Part shown: piece after piece, positions 47,734 to 59,993 of the stretch
How positions within the stretch are numbered: position 1 is the first letter of the stretch
Layout: the number at the start of each line of letters is the position of its first letter
Origin: Ylistrum balloti
Taxonomy: Eukaryota
Assembly (NCBI RefSeq): GCF_031769215.1
Contig: NW_026782207.1
Span: forward strand, 124,001 to 188,000
DNA: 64,000 bases
Direction of reading: 5' to 3'
The notes under the pieces: model-generated
What the model saw: only the letters and a program-made list of their open reading frames with translations
Database searches by the model: none
What the model was told of the DNA's origin: nothing
Program-made: the position numbers and the translations under genes

Positions 47734-47899
47734 ATTATTGTGTTGAACATTGACAGCGACAAGTGAATTTTATTGCTTAGAAACTTTAGTTTATTGTTAT
47801 TCAGATAAGTTTTGATATTATATATTTTCATCGGGTTATAAATAATATGAATGTTTACAGGGTTTAAATGTAGTAGTGATTTAGCAATCAGGCGAGGAA

Positions 47900-48348
47900 T
47901 GTAGTGAAACGCTAGTTTTATATTGTCCGTCTGCTCTGGTAGTCAGGTCAGGGTTCAGAGTTCATTCTTTGTACATCGTGGAAAAATGCATCATGGGATA
48001 TGTTTACGTGAAAGTCCAAAGGAAACAGACTTACGGATTTAGCAAGGCTTAGGTGACCCATGAGGTAACTTTAATACGGTTTAAACGTTTGAAATTTGAT
48101 TAATTTTGTTGAAATATGTTTGTTTTGTGGCTCTAAAGGCAAAATATGTGCTAAGGACAGGTTAATTTCTGTATTTTTCAGTTTTTTACCGCAGGTTGGG
48201 GCGCAAGCTAGGTGCAACCAAGAACCCCTACACTGTGTTTGTGATGATTGTGAACTATGGCTATAGGAACTAGGAACTTTGTATATGTAATAAAGGAAAG
48301 CATTAAAGGCGTTTAGTTTGTGTTTCTTTGGACTCACTCGACATCACA
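47900..48348 (+). repeat. 3' LTR (449 bp)
   Basis: Same sequence as 41335-41783; followed by GATTA. Confidence 0.97.
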
Positions 48349-48361
48349 GATTACACTTCTA

Positions 48362-48480
48362 TCAGTGACTATCAGAGGTGTTCTGGTCTTCCCTGCAGTC
48401 CTGCCTCAAACCATCACACACTGACGTTATACTTAAACGACACAACTATTCTGAAAGAAGGCACTATAAATCAGGTAAAT
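48362..48480 (+). promoter_or_regulatory. Candidate initiator and non-coding first exon of PGGHG copy 4
   Basis: Inr-like TCAGT at 48362-48366 and donor CAG|GTAAAT after 48474. ATG 50481 directly follows an acceptor (tttgtag), so an upstream exon is needed. Other donors exist between 48480 and 50480. Confidence 0.3.
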
Positions 48481-50480
48481 TAAAGCAATGTTTCCTGTAC
48501 AGCAACGAACAGCAACGAGCAGCATGCTGTCGTAGTTGCAGAATATAGCAAATAGGTGGACATGTGGACGCATTTGCCTTTAAATCAGGCGTTATACTTT
48601 CCGTCCTCAAAAAGCACTTCCACAAACAAACGACCCATACGAAACTGTCTTGAAGTAAACGAGTCCAACATTTGCGTTCCGATAATGATTACGCAGTGTT
48701 ACATGTACCAGACAGCAGGGAAGCATCCATAAGTCATTCATCATGTTCTATCGGTAACCTAAGCGTTCATTATAACGCTAGGCACAGCTCATCATACCAT
48801 ATTCATCGGGAGATATTTTTTATATAAAGGTTTTCACAAAGTAGGTAAAGATTCTTAGGAACTTAACCTGTGTTAAAATCATTAATTCCTAAAAAAAAAA
48901 CTTCTTTACACACTTTATCATTGAAAAGCTTTCTGTATTGCATTCTTTGTCTGTGTTCTCGTAATGTATTTGACTTCATTGCTATAGTATATATCTGATC
49001 CAGAGAATAACAAAGCCATATACAGTGAAATCAGGTGACACGAATGTCCTATTTACCACACTTTAAAATGGAAAAGAAACTGCTTAAAAATATCGAAACA
49101 TGGGCCACAAAGCTAGAGGTCATTGAAGGTAGGTGAGAGGGAATCGTATGATACCAGTAGGTGTCAAGGAGACAATAGAACTGGGTACTATAGGTGTTTT
49201 AATAATCAATATCTTTAAAATAAATTATGTGATATATCTAGAATGGCAATGTATTTAGATCTTATTAATACAAAACGAAAGTTATTGGTCATTGCAATGT
49301 ATATTAAATACAATATAGTTTAACATTGAATGAAACTGCATCATATAGCGTTCACGTCCTTCATAGACTCGCTGATGCTAAGGACCTAAATTTTGAAACC
49401 CAGGTATTCAAATTTATTGAAATAAATATTAAAAGCCAGATGGAGAGGCTCATTCACCCAACAATTAAAAAAATGTAGCTTTCATTATCAATAAAGTGTT
49501 ACTATTTAAAGGAAATAAAACGTTGCATGCAGGCTATGGAAAATCTGTAATCTTTTCCGAAATCTAACTACTTGAATATAACAGTACTTATTCACTCACG
49601 TATCTTTTACTAAAAGAAGATATCATGTAGCTGACATTGTTTACATACAGGTTGGAATAAGGGAAAATCGATCTGCCAATGAAATCAGAATTCAAATTGA
49701 GGGGAAAATATGAACAAAGGAAAAAATTACATAGAGATCCTTACTGAAACGTTATAATTATTAAACTAGAAGGACGTTTATTGCAATTAAGATATTCTTA
49801 AAACATTATGTTAAAGGAATGATTCTGACCCCATTTTGGAACAAAACATCATGTTCAACAAAAATCATGACAGTAGGTTAATTTGATTAGCCTTAATAGT
49901 TGTAGGTTGCCGTCATATTTTCAGCCGCGTAGTAACTTGTCATAGGTTTAACTCTCTGAACGTTTTACAGCAAATTTTGTCTGTTGGAGACCTGAATAAG
50001 TAAACATTATCTATGTGAATATGAAAACAAATTAACATAGAAATTTATTTTTGTGGCAATACAGCAACATATATGATCTTTGTTATGCAATGACAAATTT
50101 GAAATAACAGTGTGACTACGTTTACAATCTAGGTCATTAGTTCTTAACCCAAAATAATCTGCTGAATCATCACTATCTCAATATCGGTTTTATCACCACG
50201 ACCACGATATGCCAGGGTCATTCGAGGCAACAGTTTCTTCATCGGTGTGTGCTCTCTTTATCTCCGAGAGGCAAAATCTTGTTAACAACGACCTTGAGAG
50301 TTACAAGGTGATTTCATTTGAAAAGATAACAAAGAGGACAACAGCAATGTAACCTACGGTCTTGGTAAACGATTATATATTTGATTTGCTCGTTTAAACT
50401 TATTCGCCATTGAATCATATGTATACAAGTTATTTTAACTAGCTATGATATAACGTTTAAAAACGTTTTTCTGTTTGTAG

Positions 50481-53400
50481 ATGATGGAGGGAAGTTTACG
50501 GCGGCAGGTTCGTTGTTTACTTCTCTGTGTGTTGTGTTCTATACACCAGTATCTAGCTGTAGATATACGTATGACAGTTAAAGAAGTGAACGAAAGTACA
50601 AATGTGACCTTCTCAATTCATACTAACAAACAACAGAGAGATTTGAATCCTCAAGGCAATGGACATCTCGTCAATACCACACAAGGCAATGGACACTTCG
50701 TCAACACCACACAAGGCAATGGGCACCCCGTTAATACCAACAATAACGAAAAATACGTGACGATGATCCATGGGAATACTCAAAAGAGGATAAAATATAC
50801 AGAAAGACCTTACCCAGCATTCCTTAACCCGGAAGTCACGGTGTTTTCCACCGGCGAGTATGTACTATTACATAGCACGTGTTATTTGAATAATTATATT
50901 TTTCAGTGTTTTTTATTCCGTTACTTGAGATATATTCTCTTCGATTGCTGAGGTAAACCCACTTTTAATTTTTCACACTATGGAAGCAAACCGGATGTGG
51001 ATGTGTACTTTAAATACGCATACGCTCTGTATACAGAGAGCGAAAAGTGTACTATTAGATATATGTACTATATTTGAAGGTATATATTTATTCATAGGTG
51101 AGTCATTGCTATATTTAGATGCACTCACGTTGTTTCTAAATACTTAACTTATGCTGCTTATTTGTCAGACTACCCGATGCCCTGTCAATGCCAACTATCG
51201 GTAATGGTCACGTGGCTACGGTTGTCCATAGCGACACCATGTATCTAGGAGGACTGTACAATGGCTACAATATAACGAGTCACAGAGCAAGACTACAGTC
51301 AACCTCCTCCATTAGCATCACCGGCTTCTCCTTCGATGTAAATACTCGCAATCACTCCCTGGATGTCGGCAGAGGTATGTTAGAGTTTTACCATACATAA
51401 AGAAACGAATAAAAAGTTTATTGTCCACAGGCTATCTGAAGGTTTTCTCGCTTCCATATAATTTTCTTGTCATCCCTTCACTAAGATTTCATCCAATTCA
51501 ACTTCCTAGGAAATGTGATACTAGGTCTGTACATGACTAAGCCTAATCACATACATTGTCTAATTCGGTTGGGTCCGGTCAATGATTTCAAATGCTTCAT
51601 GTAGTATGACATGAAATAGTTCCTTAAAATCTTAAATTGGAATCCAGTTTGTATTTGTTTACCAGCATATTTTAAGTCAAGAAGTTTGGTGTAATAAAAT
51701 TATGAACTGGTAACGATCACCAGACAACGCAAGTCAAGTACTGAAAATTACAATTTTTTGTATGGATCAATTTTCGTGTAACAGTTCGTGGACATAATGA
51801 ATTCGTGAATTAAGATTACCTATGAAATCGACGAAAAACTCCCCCACGAAAATTAATCATTTTACAGTAAAATGAAATGAAAATTGATCGACGACAAATC
51901 AGTTACAATATAAAAAATAACGGTTCCTTTCCCATCGTTATGTAGCTATGGTAGTTTGAATAAATCACTCATTTTTGCTTGTCAGAGTCTTGCATAAATT
52001 GAGAATTCAAAACCATTGCATATATCAGGTAAGGAATGAAATGACTAATTTTACCATTGATTTCACTATATATCATTGTACATAAGCTAAACGAATGTTT
52101 AAGTTCTAACAATCAAATAAAAATGCATTGTATCAAGGTTCTTAGTTAATTTGAACATCGAATTTTAATTAGATTGAAGTTCTAAGGCACCCACATCAAT
52201 ATCTTATTTGTAATTTGATATATAAATGTCTTTTAGGTATATACGTTGAGGAGTACACGTCCGACTTTGTCACTGTTAAGCTGAAGATGTACGCTCACCA
52301 AGTCCTCTATAGCCTGTTAGTAACGGAAATTTCTGTGAGTAACGCTTTAACCGGAAATGTCCATCTAAATCTCTCCACCAACCCCGGACCGCCTAGCGAT
52401 GACATTGAGATCACTAACTCAACGGTATTGGGAGATTTCAAGTAGGTTAAAAAAAACTAACCAGCTTATGATATGTTTATTCTCATAGACTGAAGAATAA
52501 AATCTGGTGACAGGACATCAAAATAAATAACATTTTAGGTTGTGAAGTGTTGATTCAAGGCTTCGATAAAACTATTATATGTTTGAAGATTATCAAAAAA
52601 AAATCGCCTTCTGTTTATTTTTTTTTATGAATTTTACATCATTATCACTTGAAATCATTAACGTCACTGATTTTCTGTTATGACATTGTTCTAATACAGG
52701 ATATATTTTGGAACGACGAAAGAACCCGAGTACCACGAGAAGGACAAAATCCCGTTCATGGCTTTATCCACTCTGGTGCCTGACGTCATGAGTGTTCCTG
52801 CCGGAGAATCCGTCCGGCGTTTGTTTTTAACTTCAGTTGATTTCAGTTCTTATGTGGTTCAAGAATATCTCCAGTTAGGTATGTCTGTAGGTCAACATAA
52901 GTATCTAGGTCAACTTTTTTATAAGTATGTTACTTGACATGTACAAAAACCCTCTCTATTGTCCTCCTCGAACAAACACACACACAGTATCCCATTATAT
53001 ACTACAATTATTTTAATTTTTTCATTTTCAAAGAATTTCCCACTTTTTCGTTTTCTCGCTTCTATTGAATATGAGCTCAAGTGAAAATTTTCAGGAAAGA
53101 ATTGAAAAAGAGAGTCATCAACTGCTGTGACGACGATACTTACACAAAAGTAGGGGGAAAACATCAATTCACACTTTTTCACTAAGTCATAAATGACAAA
53201 TAAACCAACCGTCTCCATTATATGTTTTCTGGTTTTGCAAATGTTGTGTCGAAACGATGGTGCAAATATTTCTATTCATTACTATTTACTTGACATAATT
53301 TTTAAAAATTTTTGTTTAATGTTTGACACCATAAATATGACAAACATTGTTAACATTAATTACCAATTAACGCGTCAAATTTATAAAAGATGTTATTAAT

Positions 53401-55601
53401 TGTTTAAGAAATATCTATAAATATCAGGCATTAACTTTACATTACAGTTAAAGATATATGAATTGATAACAGAAAGAACACGAATAGATTAAGAGAAAGC
53501 TTGCTTTCTAAATTATATATATATTGTTTATTTTTGTTTTATTTACCTATTTATTCATCTATTTATCTATTGTCAAAAATATCAGTATGTACATGGAAAA
53601 TAAACTGTTTTTAATGTTACATAACTTTCACGTCGAATTGCTTGTTTTAAGGGCTCGACTTTTTCCTCAATGGCATGTTGGAATCGACCCATACACAGGT
53701 ATGGGAAGAGTCTAATTGGAAAAAGGGGAGGATAGATGTCGGCGGAAACAACAATCTTAGCAGAATCAATTATGCAGCTATGTATTACTTACTCAGCGAG
53801 ATCCCTTACCGAGATAAAATTGAACCATTCTTTGGAATATCACCTGGTGGTCTAGCCCACGGAGCACTGAATAAGGTATAGACAAGTTGCTAAATGCATT
53901 CGAATTATTGAGAGGTTGAATTTTTCGTGTTTCTTTCCTCTTGTTTCTCACTCAGTGCGAAACTATTTTGTACTCAAAGATTACATACTTTTAATTGAAT
54001 TACGGTGATGTCGTTTTTTTTAAATATTAGTAGATATATGACGCACTGAGGTTTAGACAAGGCAGATAAATGTATTTTAGTCATTACTCTTTCACTATGA
54101 TCTCAAGATGAACAATCTTAACAACGATCCTGTCAGAAGACATAATATGGTAATTTGCTGACTATGAAAGAGTATGTCTAACGATCCCCATATTTGTTCT
54201 GGGGTCCTAGACTCTCTTTAGAAATTTATCTATGAGGTATTTATGTCACGGATACCTTGTTGTTTTGTTAACCAGGATTACGAAGGTCACGTGTTCTGGG
54301 ACCAAGAGACCTGGATGTTTCCGCCAATGCTCCTTTTGTTCGGTGACAAAGGCAAAAAGATAATCCAGACTCGCGTTAGGACACACGGGGCTGCGAAACA
54401 GTACGCTAAAGATAGAGGTTATCAGGGAGCAATGTATCCGTGGGAGAGTGCATTTACTGGTAGGTCGTCCAGTAAACACAGTTCCTTATATTTTTGGATC
54501 AAGTATGCTATAGTAAAGGAATATAATTTGTTTTGTATGTATTTTTGATACTTCTGTATGTAACAGAGGTCAATATTTATGATAATGTCCCCGCTAGAAT
54601 TCGAACCCGGAATCCCTTGCTTACTAGTCTTTCACTAAACCGGTCAAGCTAAAGAGAAGTTCTCTCTCGCCGAGCGGTATATTGAGGCTAGTATTTACCA
54701 GGGTTACATGAACTTCTACTTAAAGCTTAATAAATAGTTTTCTTAAAGAATTATAACACAATGAAAACCGAAGTATTGGCGGAAATAAGGCAATGCATCA
54801 AAGCTGTCCTTTTTGTGACCTGACTCAGGGATCGTATTAAAATTTGTTGCTAACTTCAATTAATTTGATCAGTGAATTCGAAAACTGAATGATCGTCAAT
54901 TTCTCGACAAATAGAATAAATAAACATATGACATATTTGGAACAGGTCTTAATGTGTGTCCCTCTACCGAATGTTCCAAATACGAACAACACATCACCGG
55001 CGACATCGCTTTCGCGTTCAAGCAGTACATCATGATGACACGGGACACAAACTTCATCCAGAAAGACGGTGGAGCTGACGTCATCACGGATATAGCCTCT
55101 TTTTGGTTGTCTCGTATGACGTACAACCAAAGCATGGATCGTTTTGAAATACATGGTAATATAGATATAGAAGAATGGTTTGACTATATATGGTAACATT
55201 AATATAACTACGTATGTTTTTTTTGTGAAAAAGATGAAAAATAAGGGATTATAAATGACCATTGTTATACAATCTGATATCATCTGTCTTACAAAGAGAA
55301 AATGCTGTGGAGTTTAAAACAAGATTACCTTTCCAGCAAAATAAAACGTAGTTAATTTTATGTAATGTTTGACACCATGGTATAAGGATTGCTGGACTAA
55401 GTCAGAAAAAATATAACATACTGTCCACTTACTTGGTACTATCGAAATTTTCAAATACTAATTTTAAAACGACATTCTTTATACTGTGTTTATTTGTGAT
55501 AATCTTTCAACATGATCTGCTCTTCATAACCTTATACCACTGAAACAACTTCCAGGAGTTGGATTTTGTGTTGATTTTGTCAAATGGCCTTAAACCCCCC
55601 C

Positions 55602-55632
<31 letters not shown>

Positions 55633-58098
55633 AAAAAAAAAAGTATAGAAAACATCTCCCTCTGAAGAGATAGAATGATTTTAAATAACACTATAGCTTC
55701 ATGAATTTGTTTAAAAGCTGATATTCCTTGAAATTATATTACATATGAATATTTGAGAACTGTGTTATACTTAAGCAAGACTATTTTATTCATACACTAT
55801 ATTACATTAAGATGAACGAACACTTCGAATGAAGTTTACATGATAAATCCTAACGATATATGATACCAACTTCAGATATCTATGGCATGTCGGTATTTTT
55901 TTAGAAGTTTTAAATTCTATTTTAGACATACATGTATATCGTAAGAAATACTCACTTACATATTGTAATTATCCAATGTTACAAAATAAAATAAGTAAAT
56001 CAAAATATCATCTCAGAAGTGAGAACGAAAAACGAATAGATTTTGAAACAAATTTTCTGCTACAGATGTGATGCCTCCGGACGAGTACCACTACCCAGTC
56101 AACAACTCTGTTTACACAAATAGTGTTGCTAACATTAGTCTCCTCCTTCCCAAGTACGCCCTCTCTTTGGTCAACAGAACGGTGGACCCGAAATTCGAGC
56201 AAGCAGCAAAGAAATTATACATACCTTTTAATCAAACCACGAAATGGCATCCAGAATATGACGGATACACACCAGGTAGGCATCTTGAAAAAAAAATAAT
56301 ATCAGTTTCAGGTAAAAAAAAAATAATGATAAAATCAAGAAGAACAAAATTTTATGATTGAATTAACCATTAAGCTCGCTAAACACACATAGTGTTTAAA
56401 AAAGTAAGTTTATTTATCTTAGATACTCATACGGAAGGACAAACACATTCTTAAATTAACACTGTATGTCTCAACTGATCTATTCATGTACAGATACTAC
56501 AGTCAAACAAGCTGATGTTGTCCTACTTGGATTCCCTCTTATGAAGGAAATGTCTGCAGACGTTAGGGAAAATGATCTCAACATATACGAAAAAGTAAGT
56601 CAATGATAAAAAAGGGATGCAAAAAAACTTGTAGATCACTGAGGAGAATAAGATTTCATATTGCAATACATATGTGTTGTAACTTTGTATCTTCAATTCA
56701 GTTGAAGAACAGTGTTTTCAATTTTATTTTCAACTAATTTTATCTACAAAGAACAAATATCAGTAGGATTGGATATCAGGCATTGACTACCTCAGTCTTC
56801 TCCTTATAGTGATAACACGTGGTACAGGAAAAAGAAAGTAAGAAAGAGGCATATAACATATATACATGTGAAAGAGTTAAGGGGAAGTAACTCCTCGAGG
56901 TTTATAGATACGATCATCTACACATATCTAATTTGATAAATTTATTACATTACATTGATATTATATATTGTACAAGAACATTGTTTGATTATTAAAATAA
57001 GATAGGTGTAATAAAAACAACATGTAGAGAAAGACATGATGATATTGCAATGTTACAGGTAACACCGGGAGGTCCTGCCATGACGTGGGGGATGTTTGCT
57101 ATTGGTTGGCTGGAACAAAACGCCACATCTAAAGCGGAAACCCTGTTTAAGAAACAGTTTGATAACGTCATCCCGCCATTTTATGTAAGTTTTCTGATTA
57201 TTGTTCTTTCTGTGAGGCAAGTACATTTGTATCTAAGTTGATGTCATGTCATAAAGCTTGAAATTATTTGTGTTTTATTTCCGTAACTAAATACTTTGTT
57301 ATATTTCTCAATGAAGATGAGTATTTCTTGTTTACAAACACATGAATAAACAATGATGTTTACATTTGTTATGACAGTGTGTGAAGTATGTATATAATGA
57401 TGTGTACAATTATGTAACGGCTTGAATTAACATGCTTACACAGTTAAATGTGACTAATACAGTTATTTCCCTTTCATTGTATCGCGAGAGGAATCTGACG
57501 TCACGTACTTATTTGATTTTAACGACAAAAATAATCATGACATATACTTGTACTAATGTAGACCTGGTTATAATGTATGGCTAAAATAAGTGGAGTGCAT
57601 CCCTAGGTTATTTATGTTTCCGATATACATTACAATATATATATATATATATGACAATCATATCGAATTGCGTATCTGATATCTACGTGGCCTAAATAGA
57701 CACTAACATTCTGTCGTCATGCCTCTGTTATCTCCATTCATCTTCAGATTTGGTCCGAAGAGCCGGCAGGACGTGGTGCTAGAAATTTCCTAACGGGTAT
57801 GGGCGGGTACCTACAGTCCCTCATGTTCGGGTATGGTGGATTTAGAATATTTGAGGACAGACTTCAATTTAACCCTACTCTTCCTCCTGATACGTCGACC
57901 TTCAATATAACCGGGGTGGATTATCTGGGCGGATATTTCGATTTCAGTTTTGGTGATAAATATATGACAGTAAACCAAACAAAAGCTGCTTTAGAGGAGA
58001 TGAAGATAGTTATAGCCTCCACTGGTCAGACTCAAACTCTAGATATCGGTGTTATAGTTCAGTATCAAACGTGTCAAGCGGCGTTAATGCTTGTATAA
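50481..58098 (+). CDS. PGGHG: PGGHG (GH65), copy 4 (790 aa), catalytic residues intact
   Basis: Exons 50481-50857, 51169-51374, 52237-52441, 52700-52878, 53652-53875, 54276-54459, 54946-55155, 56066-56275, 56494-56594, 57059-57184, 57748-58098; 2373 nt, GT-AG. Motifs GHVFWDQETW, PWESA, PDEY (Glu 56083-56085), KQAD and WSE (Glu 57757-57759). Hydrophobic N-terminus. AATAAA at 58143. Confidence 0.93.
50652..50741 (+). repeat. Coding 30-bp tandem repeat x3 in PGGHG copy 4 exon 1
   Basis: Encodes QGNGHLVNTT-QGNGHFVNTT-QGNGHPVNTN. Confidence 0.9.
54559..54708 (-). mobile_element. Short tRNA-related interspersed element with TGTAAC...GTTACA ends
   Basis: Minus strand has an A-box-like TAGCTTGACCGG and a B-box GGTTCGAATTC; short terminal inverted repeat; no TSD recognised. 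Confidence 0.5.
55595..55642. repeat. Adjacent homopolymers C28 and A20
   Basis: Read directly from the sequence, in intron 7 of copy 4. Confidence 0.9.
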
Positions 58099-58260
58099 CG
58101 ATACCTTAAATGACCAGACTTGAAAATATTCTTGTAATATGCAATAAATTTAATCAACTAGTGTGTTATAAAAAAAAACTTGTAACAGTATGAGTGACAT
58201 GAAGATGCAGAAACATCTAAGTGTTGATGCATACCACGAACAACTATAGCCCTTTATATA

Positions 58261-58429
58261 TAGTCGAACTTCATTAACTCATATAACACGATGACCCCGT
58301 ATAATTCGAAGTATGTAGTCTGTCCCTGCCAAAATTTTCACCAAATGTTCTATCTCACTTAAGTCGAACACTCGGATAGCTTGAAGCTTACCAGCGGCCC
58401 GCCTACTTCGAAATAACGAAGTTCGATTG
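58261..58429. mobile_element. Tc1/mariner-pogo-type MITE
   Basis: Imperfect TIRs TAGTCGAACTTCATTAA ... ATAACGAAGTTCGATTG flanked by TA dinucleotides (58259-60 and 58430-31). Confidence 0.6.
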
Positions 58430-59993
58430 TATAATTACCATGATATCAAATGGGTTGTTATTTGAATTCGACTTCTAAATTTCCACTCGTTATGGCCCCT
58501 AGGATCACTAATGATTCGTAGAAGGACGGAAAAGCTGCATGATGCAACTGAATTCATTTTTAATATAATTGTATCTAATATTGAAATATTCTATTCAATT
58601 GTATTTTATTTACAATCCTTATTAAAGCTGTGCATCTTCTACTAATTCTCGTATCGTCTTTGTTCTGCTATTACGGAAATAACGTTAGTGTACCATCGAC
58701 ATATGGTTAACAGTGCTTGAATATCGCAAAAATGTGTTTGAAAACAGTCGATTAATTACAGTTCACAAATAAGGAAGGGACGTATTTTACGGACTTAATA
58801 TGCAAGATATCCCCTTGTTGATAACCGATGGCAATTTCAAAATGTTGGATAGCTATCATGTTCATAGCTTATTTGACTACTAAACATCCATTTCTTATTG
58901 TGAAGATATCATATACAAACCATGGTAAGGGATATCGGAGCTAAAAGTCTGTTTGAATGATCAGAATGATTGATACTCCTGTCCCACATAGTACTTAAAG
59001 TGCATCGATTTTGCCATAATGTGTTTTGTGATTGATGATAACAATATCTTTGTTCCTATTTTTCGACCGTTTCATCAATGTGATGTTATTATTTTGGTTT
59101 GTGTTTATATTTGCCAATTTTTGAGTGTTTTCGTATATTTTTGCCTTTTCCTATCGATCCCATCAACCAAAACAGTCATACCAACAAAATTATTTAACAG
59201 CCCACTACTTGACAAATATGAGACAATGTACACACGTTAAAAGCCGAAAACCACCACAACACGCCTTCTCAGTTACAGTTTACATGTTTTGATATGTATA
59301 TTTCAACGTGCTATAAAATCTCCATCTGGTTCATCTGATATACCGACACTTATCGAAATGTGTCAAGCGAGATAAATATCATAACATTATGCAACGAGAA
59401 CGTCTTTCAAACCAGACATTATGACAAAGTTTCAAATGTCTCAAAAATTTGAATTTAAGACTTAATATTGGCTAAACAAACACTACGCTAATTGTGAACT
59501 GCCTTTGTTAACCTATTGATACTCTAAATGGTATGTATTACCAACTACTTTGGAACGATGCTGTCAATGTCAATATAGTTATGCAAATGACTTTACACGT
59601 TGAAAGTGTCACAATGATATGTACTATGACCTGTTACGAAACCATCTTTCGCTTTGTCCTATCAACTTAAGCACTGTTGGTTATCTATAAAATAACACTG
59701 TTATATATACAGGTCGTTTCCAGAAAAACACTTTAACACGATATGAATTGTTATGACGAAGTCGAGATATTTATTTGTGACGATATTTCCCTTTATTTCC
59801 AATATTTTTTTATGTAAACACAACTGAAGTGCTAACCATACAGGGCGGACCAATCTCGAAATTGTGTGGTTTTCACTGGTCAGTTCAACAAATCCATGAG
59901 GTCAACAGATAAGATAGTCCTGCCATATATTAGGACCATGTGTCCAAACGTGGTCACTCTCAGAGATTGGAGAGCCACGGTTCGGACTTCATC

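Larger units (their letters stand above)
41335..48348 (+). mobile_element. Full-length BEL/Pao LTR retrotransposon
   Basis: Two 449-bp TG...CA LTRs, 5-bp TSD GATTA (41330-41334 and 48349-48353), polypurine tract ggcgaggaa before the 3' LTR, and the gag-PR-RT-RNaseH-IN domain order with Pao-type motifs. Confidence 0.98.

Noticed and set aside
11459-58098. GH65 genes as bacterial phosphorylases or a horizontal transfer
   Set aside because: Ten conserved spliceosomal introns in the coding region and motif-level match to animal PGGHG indicate ordinary animal genes.
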